Virus record (IMG/VR): IMGVR_UViG_2521172672_000002
Coordinates: 6,931-70,930 of that record
DNA length: 64,000 nucleotides
Source of the DNA: a virus
Taxonomy: Duplodnaviria > Caudoviricetes
Reading direction: 5' to 3' (one strand)
Below the pieces are notes generated by a model. The model did no database searches and was not told the origin of the DNA. It saw only the letters and a list, made by a program, of their open reading frames with translations. A program made the position numbers and the translations under genes. Below are positions 19,401 to 28,700 of the stretch, in pieces (position 1 is the first letter of the stretch; every line of letters starts with the position of its first letter).

Positions 19401-20939
19401 CAGCGTCACGACGCGGCCAGCGGCAGAGGAAATACGGCCGCCGTTCGGCCGGCCTGCCACCAACTCGTCCGCCACTGGGATAACGAACCCAGGCAGCGGG
19501 ATACGACCCTCCATGCCGGTCTTGAAAGTAACGGTGCGGTCCTGGCTGTTGCTCAGCAGCGCCCACTTACCACGGCGCTGGGCCTCGGATGCCCGGGTGC
19601 AGCCAATCGCGGACAGCTCGATTGGGCGGTCCCGGTACCGGCGCTGCAGTGCGTTGTCGGTCACCGGAATGACGTCGGTGTCGTAGTTGTTGGCCGGGTT
19701 GTCGTAGCTGACAAGGGCCCGGCTGTAGTGCGTGCTGCGCTCGGCGCCGCCATACACGAACTCACCGTCGATCACGTTCGACCGGGTGAAGACGTAGTCG
19801 ATATCCTGAGCACGCGGCATGTCCGCCTGCATGAACAGCGAGCCATGCGCCCAATAGACCATGCCGCGATAGATGGCAGACAGGTCACGTAGCAGCGTCC
19901 AGGCCTCGGCACGGCCTTGCAGGTTCATGTCGCAGAGGAAGCGTGGCTCCTGGCCACCCACACCGTTCGGCACAAGCTGGTCGCAGTACTGGGCGATGCG
20001 GTACATCTCCCACTTGTCGACCATCCACGGCTTGATGCGCTTGCCCAGGCCGAAACGGTCTTCCACGCACAAGCCATAGGTCACGAAGGCGGGGTTGTTG
20101 GTCCAGGCCAGCTTGAACGTGCCGTCCCACACACCGCTGTAGGTGCGGGTGATCGGGTCATAGGTGCTCGGTACCGGCCAGCGCTTGGCCTTGCACTTGA
20201 CCGTCACCGCCGGGATGTTCTGGAACTGCTGGGCATCAAACTCGATGTACAGCAAGGCCGTATTCGGGTACCGGATCTTCTGATCGATGATCTCGGTGTA
20301 GCCCGCCACGGTCATGGTATCGGCCACGGTGCCGCTATTCGCGTTCGGCGTGAGTCGGCGCACGCGCAGCATCCACCCAGAAGTGGCCTTGGGCAGATTC
20401 ACGCGCACCGAGCGCTGGTAGCCATTGGTGGACTTGCCATCCACAGCGCCCAAGTGAGCTTCGGCATAAGCGCCACCGTCTGTAGCGATATCGATTGCGT
20501 ACTCGATGCGATAGCCCTTGGTGTCGCCGTTACTCTCCTGCTTGGCCAGGCGCGGCCAGGACATGCGCACGCGAATAGCCGAGAGTTGGGTGTTGCTCAG
20601 GGCGCGCGTGAACGGGTTATCGCTACGCAGCTCAACGTTGACGGAGGTTTCGTTCTCCACCGACGGGATGCCCTGGATGTAACTCTGCTCAACGGAGCCC
20701 GGACGCCACTCCCATTTCACACCCGGGAAGTTCACATTGCCGCTGGCATCAGCGATCGGGGTGTTGTCGAGGTAAATGTCCCGGTCGGTGGGCACCCCAT
20801 CGAATTCGCCTTCGCCCACTGCCAGCAAGATCTTGGCGATGTTCGTCGAGCGCAAGCTGTCCGGCGATTCTACTGCCTGCTTTGGCTGGCTCTCGCCACC
20901 CTTGGCGCCGACAATTTCCAGGTGATCTACTGGGCCCAT
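13425..20939 (-). CDS. Tail tip / host-specificity protein J (~2504 aa) with inserted carbohydrate-binding-like domains and DUF1983-type C-terminus
   Basis: GAKGG...ESPDSLRS, YPNTALL, WDGTFKLAWTNNPA and EPRFLCD lambda-J motifs; GGAGG RBS before ATG 20939. Confidence 0.95.
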   Translation of the reverse strand: MGPVDHLEIVGAKGGESQPKQAVESPDSLRSTNIAKILLAVGEGEFDGVPTDRDIYLDNTPIADASGNVNFPGVKWEWRPGSVEQSYIQGIPSVENETSVNVELRSDNPFTRALSNTQLSAIRVRMSWPRLAKQESNGDTKGYRIEYAIDIATDGGAYAEAHLGAVDGKSTNGYQRSVRVNLPKATSGWMLRVRRLTPNANSGTVADTMTVAGYTEIIDQKIRYPNTALLYIEFDAQQFQNIPAVTVKCKAKRWPVPSTYDPITRTYSGVWDGTFKLAWTNNPAFVTYGLCVEDRFGLGKRIKPWMVDKWEMYRIAQYCDQLVPNGVGGQEPRFLCDMNLQGRAEAWTLLRDLSAIYRGMVYWAHGSLFMQADMPRAQDIDYVFTRSNVIDGEFVYGGAERSTHYSRALVSYDNPANNYDTDVIPVTDNALQRRYRDRPIELSAIGCTRASEAQRRGKWALLSNSQDRTVTFKTGMEGRIPLPGFVIPVADELVAGRPNGGRISSAAGRVVTLDRDTPIKAGDRLIVNLPNGTAQARTVHSVAGRAVTVTTEYSLQPEPELQWAIDYDDLAVQLFRVLKTTRTQEGNYEITALEFNPSKFAAIDTGAKLDERPISVIPVTTVAPPASVSLSSGHMIDQGIAVSTMTIAWPAVAGAVAYDVEWRKDNGNWIRLQRTGAASVDVVGIYAGAYLARVRSVSAFDITSIWKSSDLTQLNGKEGLPPAVTFLATESLLFGIGIKWGMPAGAEDTERTELWYSEGTDLGAATKLADLAYPQSEHVMQGLRAGQRFFFWARLVDRSGNIGPFFPVAPTVVTGNASADAGPILEQIKDQITESELGKELTSKIEKIALIDGNGPGSVNERIGTAKTELAKQISDVNNALGTVKGNLEQQITAVSADVSAAKTELQQQIANVSALAGSLPYRKDKAYSVGQSALGSDGKLYQALKAVPLNTPPPNATYWTDVGQAVVTANGMAARVSKVETDVSTLDGKVTAQASQISGLQSSLTTTNGNVSAAQQAAQDAATLAGGKGKVIVQSAAPAVADRLAQNLWIDTTGNANTPKRWTGSAWVAVTDKVATDAAAAAAGALALAQTKADASVVSSLTTRVSDAEGKLSSQATRMDGMQTSIDGKASSQALQQVTSRVTATEQKDATQDQQLTSQSQALTSLTDSVSKKADASTVQALSNEVKTQGQNQTAQGQALTRIDTKLLASQDNSPTKVYQSVFSDMAQDQWVSTNSGAGSSASFGTPNGITRGAALILDGGSGNRTWWGASTRKIRFDPTRLYKLTIRVQQVAMGTGSPGTYAGLDCYAEDGKTRVSTLGTGSVGSSHYVLLSNRKLGQGEWTTAEVYVKGHTTGSEGGAAGAGTLADPKRLKEGAAWFSPMIIAGYSDVGGQVVVDYFDIEDATEQAQIDAGATATSAIGARVERTEQGLSSQSGAITVLINTLNATNQEVAKKAESSAVQSLNNVVSQQGAAITANGQALTGINASLNNLGASGVNLVPAEYCAFTKDLPPMYSNGGVNVTTVADPQALKGYALRADSRAVDSHTFGLNTGFNAPGCNMDFKPGKYLVSFYARTETAGHMVGAYARVLLADGTSFKTSNAPTFALTTSWARYSGVIDLTDPAYTGTQMQLAIQGNRSGVANRVSYFDRFMFEAVVNEQKSPSTFSMGNSFDQAQANALANTALTGRVERAESGMTSVSGQLTELNNSIGDVGAENLVFNPSFERVDPGTPGMADGWWYDGTGSTTRVPSLVPSSLASGMAQRLDVTGLTPSTWARCYVKSQFRFKPVPGKTYTASVYMRGSPGLRILPQAYGTNEAGAGTESWAGARTDATDGWVRLTVTFTPGAATTKIYAAVVVYGGGSTSSGFIEADRYQIEEGIRATGWRDNGQVNSFESSALSSAVTGLSSTVSQQGSTLSSVSSRTTNLENAVNSTSSGLPSKASTSALQSLTGRVTAAEGGLTAANSSITRIGSQVEAIGGSGSNLMPAEYSTFTDSLPVFRSQSGLVFSAVADAAAYSGRLLKVESNTGSGWTWLANSPTDYNLRLVTGRQYIVSFWAKGSAVHNVAVRMRFQNTAGGESEVVFANVNVGLELSRYSGVFTAPAALAGPACMVLFTQSAGNSGSTWFDGFMVEEKVGESTAPSAFTPGTSTRQAAGQALAVSALDTKVTQQGAKIESEAKRTDGLYTSVGNANSAIQDETTARATADSALSTRINTAQAKANEAAAAVQSEVQARADADGALSKRVDTAQATAGNANAAVQQVATAQSDMKGMLNAQYTMRVQINNQMGVHHWGGFGIGINEQNGVVQSAFVVYSDQFVLLNANGGGLSSPFSVVGGQTFISDAYIRNASIGTAKIANGAIANAQIQDAAITNSKIGNLQVDTLKIGNEAVTIPRYAGYAPRFNCNGSWQTPLTITFYMPQPGMVYINYCATFLSNGTQFYQYRLVLDGNMIAESVANWSDSSITLASGQYVGAGQHTVDFSILGAVGVVLSYQNLMVQGIMR

Positions 20940-20995
20940 GCTTTCCTCCGGGCATAAAAAAACCGCCAGATGGCGGTGCATTCATTCGCTTGGCG

Positions 20996-21577
20996 CTATG
21001 CCTTGTCCTGCGCCTCAATTGAGGCGGAGATGATCGCCCCACCCCAGCGTCGTTCGCCGATGCAGATCGGGACAGGGTTGCCGCTTGCTGTGGTGTTCTT
21101 GGCGCTGCCGAAGGCGTACGACGGTAGGTTTTCCGGCGCCGCACTTTGGGATAGGCCCTTGGCCTGGGGGCTGAGCATTTGGATTACGCCGCCAGCAACG
21201 AGTGCAATACCAGGTGCTGCAGCCGCCTGAAAACCGGGGATGAACGAGACCACAATGAGAATGGCGCCGATGATTGTTTGGAGCAGCCCGGCACGCTTTC
21301 CGCCCTGTACGACTGGGACGATCCTCAGCTCCTGAACCCCCCCTCTATCGAAATCGGACTCGCTCACGTTTTTCCCGTTACGGAATATGGCGAATCTCAT
21401 CCCAAGGCGATCCAGTCGTTTAACCTCTTCCTCAAAACCAGGAATGGTGACCTTCAAAGCCTTGAACGCCTCCCAAGCTTTCCCTGTGTCCAGAACCTTC
21501 GAGTGCCGCCTTCCAAACTTCTGAGCCAATGATCCAGAGAGCTTAATGTCTACATGATGCTGAGCAGATGCCGGCAT
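20996..21577 (-). CDS. Tail assembly protein I
   Basis: LSGSLAQKFGR, IVPVVQGGK and GNPVPICIGERRWGGAIIS. Confidence 0.92.
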   Translation of the reverse strand: MPASAQHHVDIKLSGSLAQKFGRRHSKVLDTGKAWEAFKALKVTIPGFEEEVKRLDRLGMRFAIFRNGKNVSESDFDRGGVQELRIVPVVQGGKRAGLLQTIIGAILIVVSFIPGFQAAAAPGIALVAGGVIQMLSPQAKGLSQSAAPENLPSYAFGSAKNTTASGNPVPICIGERRWGGAIISASIEAQDKA

Positions 21578-21628
21578 GATTCCTCCAGGCGTAAAAAAGC
21601 CGCCCGAAGGCGGCTGTGTTCTTGGGAA

Positions 21629-21973
21629 CTACAAGCAATCCCTGGCAGCTTTTTCAATAGCGCTTCTACCGAGCCCTGGACTCCACGCCATCCTTTGCTT
21701 GAGCGTCACAGCGCTGCCCGAACCCGATCTGCGGATATCAAGCAGCTCATCGGTCATATTGCTCTGGGCAACCCATAGTCGGTAACCGTCTGAGGTTTCA
21801 ACCATTGCCGAGTCAGCGCGTGCCGCTTGCCACTTTGGGAAAACACAAAGCGCGTATGCCTTTGGGTCTTTAGGAGTGGCGGCAACGATCGTTGGCTCGT
21901 TTTTCTCTAGGTCCGCAGGCGAGACACATCCCGCCAGCAACCCCAACCCCAATACCCCGATCAGAACTCGCAT
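21629..21973 (-). CDS. Moron lipoprotein (paralog 3)
   Basis: MRVLIGVLGLGLLAGC; C-x4-WQ and terminal Cys; terminator at ~21593-21615. Confidence 0.8.
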   Translation of the reverse strand: MRVLIGVLGLGLLAGCVSPADLEKNEPTIVAATPKDPKAYALCVFPKWQAARADSAMVETSDGYRLWVAQSNMTDELLDIRRSGSGSAVTLKQRMAWSPGLGRSAIEKAARDCL

Positions 21974-21990
21974 GTGAACTCTCTCAATTT

Positions 21991-22560
21991 TCATGACTTC
22001 ATTACTTCTTCGAGAGGCATGTAGCATTTACCAATGAAGAAACTGAAACAAGTACCTGCCTGACCTCTCATGCGCTCGACCTCGGAAAGCTGCCTGCGCT
22101 TCTCTGCTATCGGAATTCTCAGGCTCCCGATAGCCTTTACTGTGAGCAAAAAGCGAAGGTAGTCCCCACCGTCAGCATCAATTTGGCCGATCTCGGACGC
22201 CATCGTAGCCCCAACAGAGAAAACTCTTCGGAGCCTTGTGACTGGAATCCATATTCCCTGCCAGGAGTGCTTTGCTATTTTCGGCAGCTTCTCCGGCGGC
22301 AGTGACTCCAGGCGCCCATGCTGCTGCAGCACTCTAAGCGAGTTCCTGGCTTGCATCGTCGCGCAAAACTTGTAAGCCTCAATGCCATCAACGCTATCTA
22401 GCCTTTTCTTATACGGCAAGCGCAAAAATCGCTCCTCGAAAGGCGAAAAGCTTTCAACCAAGATGACGCCATTGGAGTCTGGCTCGCCCTGGCTGACGAC
22501 TATGTGGTCAGGGCCATCCCAAGCAGTCGAAGTTGCGGTAGTCACTTTGAGGGCATCCAT
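21991..22560 (-). CDS. Hypothetical moron protein
   Basis: 189-aa ORF in the K-I insertion hotspot; no motif recognised. Confidence 0.6.
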   Translation of the reverse strand: MDALKVTTATSTAWDGPDHIVVSQGEPDSNGVILVESFSPFEERFLRLPYKKRLDSVDGIEAYKFCATMQARNSLRVLQQHGRLESLPPEKLPKIAKHSWQGIWIPVTRLRRVFSVGATMASEIGQIDADGGDYLRFLLTVKAIGSLRIPIAEKRRQLSEVERMRGQAGTCFSFFIGKCYMPLEEVMKS

Positions 22561-22654
22561 GTCAATCTCGGGAAGACTGTATCACCTAAATCGGAGGCTT
22601 CGGACTGCAAGATGCGAGAAGCCCAGCGCGGGGCTGGGCTTGTCAGGCATGAAG

Positions 22655-23131
22655 CTATGCTACCCATGCCATAAGATCATGCCACCACGTGGTAGGAAGC
22701 TTTTGTGAAGTCATACCACGCTCTATTACCGAATCGTTGTAGGCCGGGATACGCAAGGCCTCGATGGCCGGTGCTTCAATTTGGCGCAGCTTCCAAATCT
22801 TGGCGTCCAGCTCGTTCAGGCTCAACGTTTTGGCTCGCCGCTCAAGTGCTGTATAGCGCTTGTAAAGATCGGAGCAGACATACCGCTTACTCCCAGGAGA
22901 GCAGACCACATCCAGTGCAGTAATCACTGCGGTAACAAGAGCCGCAACCCCGGCAAGCTTGGGGCTGCTGGAGAGGAAGCCCGCAAAAGCTGAACTGCCA
23001 GCAACGACAGTCACCAGCTTGAAAAGACCATCAATCTTCCCAAACAGGCGAGCCTGAAGGTGAAAATATCTCGAGGCATAGCAGATATCGCCGACCGCCT
23101 CAAAATGGCTGCGTTCATCGGCTCTATCCAT
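22655..23131 (-). CDS. Two-TM protein, SLATT-like
   Basis: Helix-TM-TM-helix layout (YASRYFH...TM TM...YKRYTALE). Confidence 0.6.
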   Translation of the reverse strand: MDRADERSHFEAVGDICYASRYFHLQARLFGKIDGLFKLVTVVAGSSAFAGFLSSSPKLAGVAALVTAVITALDVVCSPGSKRYVCSDLYKRYTALERRAKTLSLNELDAKIWKLRQIEAPAIEALRIPAYNDSVIERGMTSQKLPTTWWHDLMAWVA

Positions 23132-23136
23132 GTTGA

Positions 23137-23244
23137 TTAGCTCTTTTGCTGAGACGGTGGCTCTGACGGTGCAGCTGGAGCCTGTGGCGCGGCAGGCGTC
23201 CTGGTGGGCGGTACGTGGCTTTTGAAGAACTCATCTTGAGACAT
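23137..23244 (-). CDS. 35-aa Pro-rich peptide
   Basis: GGAG RBS; MSQDEFFKSHVPPTRTPAAPQAPAAPSEPPSQQKS, ending 5 nt before the 2TM gene. Confidence 0.5.
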   Translation of the reverse strand: MSQDEFFKSHVPPTRTPAAPQAPAAPSEPPSQQKS

Positions 23245-23337
23245 GATAACTCCAAGTGTCATTGTTGGTGCTGGCAATTTACCACAGCCCAACTGCCCTG
23301 GCGCCCTCTGGCGAATCCGCTCCTGTCCACCCAGCCA

Positions 23338-23440
23338 CCCTGGACGCATCACCAGTAACTGCCCGACACCCTGCCGTAGTAGCGTTGTGCCTCCCAACGA
23401 CCCGCCCTGGTCCGTTGCGGGAAAGCCCACGGACTGGGGC
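23338..23440. repeat. ~100-bp intergenic element, copy of 5215-5315
   Basis: Direct sequence similarity; lies between divergent moron genes. Confidence 0.85.
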
Positions 23441-23461
23441 ATGATGACCTAGGAGGCCCAT

Positions 23462-23683
23462 ATGAGTAACAACACTCAAGAAATCTTCAATTACACAGGC
23501 TCCACGTTGCTAACTCTGGAGTGCATCCTGTCTGGCCTCGCCGACCAAATCGCCAAGACGCATGGTTCAGAGGCACTAGCAGAAGCCCATTCATACGCAC
23601 TCAAAAAAGCGGCCAGTCATCCGGGTGGTCCTATCAAGCCTGATGTTGAGGCCATTTCGAGGTTCTTCAGTGGGCTCAAGTAA
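23462..23683 (+). CDS. Hypothetical moron protein
   Basis: AGGAGG RBS, opposite strand to the tail genes. Confidence 0.7.
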   Translation: MSNNTQEIFNYTGSTLLTLECILSGLADQIAKTHGSEALAEAHSYALKKAASHPGGPIKPDVEAISRFFSGLK

Positions 23684-23867
23684 CTCCAAGCCTTAACGCC
23701 TCCTCGATATGTTGAAGCCGACGCTCAATCAGGTCGGCTTTCTCAGGCAGGCGCCGCTCCCTATCTTTCGAATAGGTCAAGCGCTCGGCACTGACGATGA
23801 AACTCTTCGCGAGCTGGGCGTTGCTAATGGTGGTGCCGTCCTTTCCTGTTGCGTGAGACTGAGCCAT
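23676..23867 (-). CDS. Small hypothetical protein
   Basis: AGGGGGA RBS; MAQSHATGKDG... Confidence 0.5.
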   Translation of the reverse strand: MAQSHATGKDGTTISNAQLAKSFIVSAERLTYSKDRERRLPEKADLIERRLQHIEEALRLGVT

Positions 23868-23892
23868 ATGATCCCCCTGCGGCGAAGCCGCT

Positions 23893-24648
23893 TCATTTCG
23901 CGTCCCGATGACGCAACACAAGGCGCATCCGATCGAGCCAGGGCCCGCCGAACACAATGATTTCTGATGGCCGCCCCAGCAAGTGGTGCAGCATGAATGG
24001 GCCCGGTCCAAACACATGGCTGCCCTCATTCGGCAGCTGGGCATCAGCGCCAAGGTAGATACCAGCATGGTTTGGATGGGCGGTGCGCCCCACCGCCATG
24101 ACGATCAAGTCGCCACGCTGCGGCTCGCTCACTTGGTAGAAACCGGCGGCCTCATAGGCCTGCTCGTACAGGCTCGGTCCGTCGGCCTTTTCCCACCAGC
24201 CCTCTTCCCGGGAGTAAGCGGGAAACTCCAGCCGCCATTCTCGCTTGTACCAATCGGCGCAGGCCTGCCAGCAGTCCCAAGCGCCGTGCACGAACGGCCT
24301 CCCAAGCAGCGGCGTGCTGCCGGTTGGCGTGATCGTGCGCAGATCACCCTCCGGCCAAGACAATATGTACCAGGGCAGGCCCGTGGCCTCGCACATGGCT
24401 AGGTCGCGCGGTGACGGCCTGCTGGTGGCGTCGGGATGCGAGTGAACGATTCCAATCACCTCGCCCCGATCTTCCGCCTCGGCGTACTGCTCTGGTGCAA
24501 TCCGGAATTCCTCAGTCGGGTCGTTGGACGCGTTGGTGCACGGGTGATAGACCTGCCTACGGCTAACCTGCAGCAGCAGGCCGCAGCACTCGCGCGGGTA
24601 TTCAGCCGCTGCGTGCACCTGCACGGCGGTGAGTATGTGTTTGCGCAT
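23893..24648 (-). CDS. Tail assembly protein K (JAB/MPN + NlpC/P60)
   Basis: YPRECCG, VHSHPDA...PS..D, GRPFVHGAWDC and NHAGIYLG. Confidence 0.95.
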   Translation of the reverse strand: MRKHILTAVQVHAAAEYPRECCGLLLQVSRRQVYHPCTNASNDPTEEFRIAPEQYAEAEDRGEVIGIVHSHPDATSRPSPRDLAMCEATGLPWYILSWPEGDLRTITPTGSTPLLGRPFVHGAWDCWQACADWYKREWRLEFPAYSREEGWWEKADGPSLYEQAYEAAGFYQVSEPQRGDLIVMAVGRTAHPNHAGIYLGADAQLPNEGSHVFGPGPFMLHHLLGRPSEIIVFGGPWLDRMRLVLRHRDAK

Positions 24649-24650
24649 GG

Positions 24651-25400
24651 TCAGCTCCGGGCGATCAGCGAGACGGCAGGAAAGCCGCCGAAGGGAAGTT
24701 CGTTGCCCTGGCCATGCCGGACGGTGCACCCGGTATCCAGACAGCCGTTGCATTGGTCCTTGGCCGGGTCCGAGGTCGGGTTCCCATCCATGTCATAGTA
24801 GGGACCGGTGTAGCCACAGTTTGGCCCTCGGTACCCTGCCGTCATTGCCCAATGGCATAGCTGCGTCATCTGACGCCCAATCGTTTCGCCGCCCACATCG
24901 CCCGGGCTTGCAAGCTCCCAGGCTACAGTGGTGCCACTCTCAGACACCTTCTGGTCGATATACCAGACTTCGATCGCCTCCTCCGCCGGATCTGCGGAAG
25001 AGTTGCCGCCGGGAAAATTCGCAGCGTCCAAGTACTCGGCGAAGGTGTGCCGCATGGTCAGCTTGAACTCAAGCAAGTTGTCGAAGGCCAAGCACAGCGC
25101 GGTGATCCGGCCATTGACGTTGCCCACGCTGAACGTCGGCCGCACCGCAGTGCCGTCGGAGTTCGCCTCGATGCCTTCAATCTGCACTGGCCAGGCGCTG
25201 TACTCGTTGCCTTGCCACCAGATGGACTTGGCCTGCAGTTGCTCGGCATTGGCGCCGGCTGCTCGCAACTCCTCGGGTGAATGGGGAATGGCGTGGCCAT
25301 GGAAGCGCAGGGTGTCGGCGCCGAAGTCCGAACCGTCGAGCTCGAACAGCAGCACCTCGCTGCCAGGCTCCAGGGTCTGGATGTCCTTGATCAGTGACAT
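24651..25400 (-). CDS. Minor tail protein L
   Basis: LFELDG, C-terminal Cys cluster (CHW..YRGPNCGY..C..C...C) and PFGGFP. Confidence 0.95.
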   Translation of the reverse strand: MSLIKDIQTLEPGSEVLLFELDGSDFGADTLRFHGHAIPHSPEELRAAGANAEQLQAKSIWWQGNEYSAWPVQIEGIEANSDGTAVRPTFSVGNVNGRITALCLAFDNLLEFKLTMRHTFAEYLDAANFPGGNSSADPAEEAIEVWYIDQKVSESGTTVAWELASPGDVGGETIGRQMTQLCHWAMTAGYRGPNCGYTGPYYDMDGNPTSDPAKDQCNGCLDTGCTVRHGQGNELPFGGFPAVSLIARS

Positions 25401-25409
25401 GCTGGTTCC

Positions 25410-25748
25410 TTATGGGTGAAAAGCCCGCTCGAGGGTGGCGGTCACTTTGAAACGTCCACCACCCACCGGGGTAGGCTTGGGGTCTTTGCAGGTGAATAAG
25501 CCAAGATCCCCGAGCGGCGTGGTCCACAGAAAAGCCTTAGCCCCGCCGTGCCTGTCGAAAAACTCCATGACTTTGCGTACTTGGGCCTTCGTGCCGGTGA
25601 CGGTGATGGGGTAGCTGTCTTCCTTGTTGTTGGGCCCGTCGCCGACCACCTGCCGATACCCGCCCCCAAACCGGGATTCGCGGGTGCGATAGCTGATCTC
25701 GGGGGTTTCACCGCGCTGGGTTGGCCAGCTGAATTTCTCAATGGCCAT
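25410..25748 (-). CDS. Minor tail protein M
   Basis: FGGGYRQ..GDGPNN and FFDRHGGAKAFLWTTP. Confidence 0.92.
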   Translation of the reverse strand: MAIEKFSWPTQRGETPEISYRTRESRFGGGYRQVVGDGPNNKEDSYPITVTGTKAQVRKVMEFFDRHGGAKAFLWTTPLGDLGLFTCKDPKPTPVGGGRFKVTATLERAFHP

Positions 25749-28700
25749 CACCGTCTCCCGCTGGTGTTTCGATGGCTGACACCACCTGGGCGCCATGAGT
25801 CGGCCACCGCCCTCTCGGCAGCCATTTGCATTTGCTTTTGCATGTTCTGCTGAAGCAGCGTTTGATCGAGCTGCATGCCTTCGTTGCTCCTGTCCTGCAT
25901 GACCAGGCTCACAGGGGCGGATAGAGTAATGGAGGTAGCTCCACCGCCTACCGCCCTTACCCCAAGCTGACCACCTGCAGTCCTGGTCAAAGGCATGACG
26001 GCCTCATCGCCTGCCTCTCCCATCACGCCCATCCTGCCGCCGGCCATGCCGAACGCCGTGGGCTTACTCACAATCGAGTTGGTGAAGGCGCCGCCATTTG
26101 CAAACAGCTGCACGCCGTTCGACCAGGCGCCGCCAAGAGCTTGAGGGAAGTAGGTGCTGCTGTAGCCTGCCTGCGATGCACCCAGATTTGAGGAAACCGC
26201 GCCCGCCGAGCCGGCCTCCATGCCATTACCCCCACCGCCGCCAAAATAGGCGGATGCCGCAGTGGCGCCCCAGCTCACCAGGCTGCCAAGCAGCCCAGAG
26301 GCAGCACGCTGGGTCTCGATCCGGACCATGTCAGCAAGGATCGACTTGGTGAAGTCTGCGAACGAGAACTTGCCAGTCATGGCGAAGTTGACGACCGCAT
26401 CTTCCATCGAGCTGAATGCATTGGTGAACAAGGATCGCGTCTGCCCGGCAACATCCCGAGCCTGCTCCAAGTAATTTTGGAAGGCAGACGATGCACCTTT
26501 GCGCCAGTCGCCCTGGGCAGCTGTCATCTGGTCGTAGTTGGCGATGGTGGTTTCCTGCAGGTCCTTCTCGGTTTTGTTCAGGGCCGCCAGCTTCTGGCTG
26601 TACTCATCAAGGCTCATGCCGCGGGAGCCGTCGCCGTACTGGTTGGCCAGGTCCAGGCGCTGTTGGTTGATGCGATCAGTGATTCCGTACTGCTGATCCT
26701 GCAAGCCGCGCTGACGATCACCCAGTCCAAGCCCGTCTGCGGAGCGCTGTCCCTGCAGCCTTAGCGCTGTGACCTGCTGGCCGAGCGCGTCGGTGTAGGT
26801 CTGCACTGCCCTAGCCTGCTTAGCGAGCCGGCCCTGCTCGTTTGTGGCAAGCACCGACAGTTCGGTATCGGCATCCTTCTGTGCCTTGACCATCGCAGCG
26901 CGGGCATCGGCGATCTTCTGGTCAAGCTGGATTCGCTGCTGAGCGCTGGTGCTGCTACGCCCTTTGGCCTGCTCCAAGGCTTTGATCTCAGCCTCGTAGG
27001 CGTTGGTGACCTCTGCCTTCTGCTGCTCGATGATCGCAGCGCGCTGGGCGGCGTACGATTCCTGAGAGATCAGGCCGGCCTTCTGCGCCGCATCAAGCTC
27101 CTTCTGGTGATTCTTGTACTCCGCGAGGATGGCGCCCAGGGCATTCTTCTGGTCGTTGAATCCGGAGAGGTCAAGCGGCTTGGACCGGCCGGCCGGATCC
27201 TTGAACTGCTTGGCGATGTCAGCTTCGACCCGCGCGATTCGCTCCGGCTTCAACCGCTCATCGTTGGGATTTTTTTCCCTGATGTCATCGAGCGACTTCC
27301 TGTATTCCTTGAGCTTTTCGGCACGCTTCTCGGCGTTCGTCCATGCCGACTTTTCCAGCGCGTCGACTTTGCCCATCGCGACAATTGCCGCCTGCTGACT
27401 GCGTGCCTCATCCGCTTTCGACCTTGCAATGCCTTCCTGCTCCTTACGGTAGAGCTGCAAGGTCCGTAGCCGGCTTTCGTCTTCCTCGCGGGTGCTGCCG
27501 CGCTCCATCAGGTTCGGATTGTCCTCCCCGATAATCGGAATGGCGCTATAGGATTGAGGATCCGCTAGTTTGCGTTCTAGCGCCTCGATTTGCTGCGCCA
27601 GTGTCACTTCTCTGCCAACGCTGTACGTTGCGTCGAGCGCTCCAGCCGCTGCGGCCTTAATTCCCTTCCACGCCTTCTCTATCAGGCCAAGATTATCCGT
27701 GATTTGACCTGAACGCTCCTTGATGGTGTCAGCGTACGTATCGGTGAGCAGCTTGGCTGCTCCGATGGTGTCACCCTGCTCCTTCAAAGCTACGATCTGC
27801 GAGTACGTCGAGGCGGTCAGGAAGTTGTACTGCTCGTTCAGATCCTTGGCTGCTGCGACCGGATCCTTGCCGATCTTCACGAACTCGGCGACGGTCTCTT
27901 CCACTGCGCGGCCTGTAGCATCGCGCCATTCAAGCGCAGCCTCGGTGATCTCGACGAAGCTGCCGGCGGCAACCTTCCCGCTACCGGCTAACTGGGTCAG
28001 CACTTCCGCTGCGGCGCCGGTGGTGCCGACGGTGGCCGACACCTGGGCAGCCATTCCAGACAGGCGATCAGCAGTGGTGCCTGCAGCATTGCCGGAGGTG
28101 ATGAGAGCCTTTTGGAAGCCGACCGCTTCCTCGCTCCCCTTGTAATAGGCGTAACCCAGTACGCCTACAGCGGCAGCTGCGACTGTGAAGGGGTTGACCA
28201 GGCCGAGGACGTACCCGCCGAGCGCTTTCACAGCAGGCCCTACGCCGCCGAACATGTCCTTGAGCTGCCCGCCCTGCTGCAGCAGCACGGTGAGCGGTGC
28301 CTGCCCTCCCTGAAGCGATACCACGATGTCGGTGAACTGAGCTGGCACATTGCGTAGCGCCGCCGCCGTGGCCTTGGCCGACATACCGGTTTTGTTCAGC
28401 GCTGCGTCTGCACCTCCAAGTGCAGTTCGGGCCTGGTCGATCTTTGTCTGGTACTCACCGAAGGTCTCGGCATCCAGCGCGCCGCTGGCGCGGTAGCCCT
28501 TGAGCTTCTGCTCCATCTGATCCAGCCGACCCAATGCCGCGACAGTCGGATCAATCTTGCCCAGCAGTTCGTCCAGTGCCTGCCCTTCCTCCCGGTGGGC
28601 CCCGGCCGCCTTCCTCGCCGCCTCCGCCTGACGCTCTTCCGTTGCGATAAGGGCCTGGGCGCGGCTGTTGATGGCCGCCTGACGGCTGGCGCTATCTGAG

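Noticed and set aside
13425-20939. Diversity-generating retroelement or invertible tail-fibre system
   Set aside because: No reverse transcriptase, invertase, template/variable repeat pair or inverted crossover sites seen
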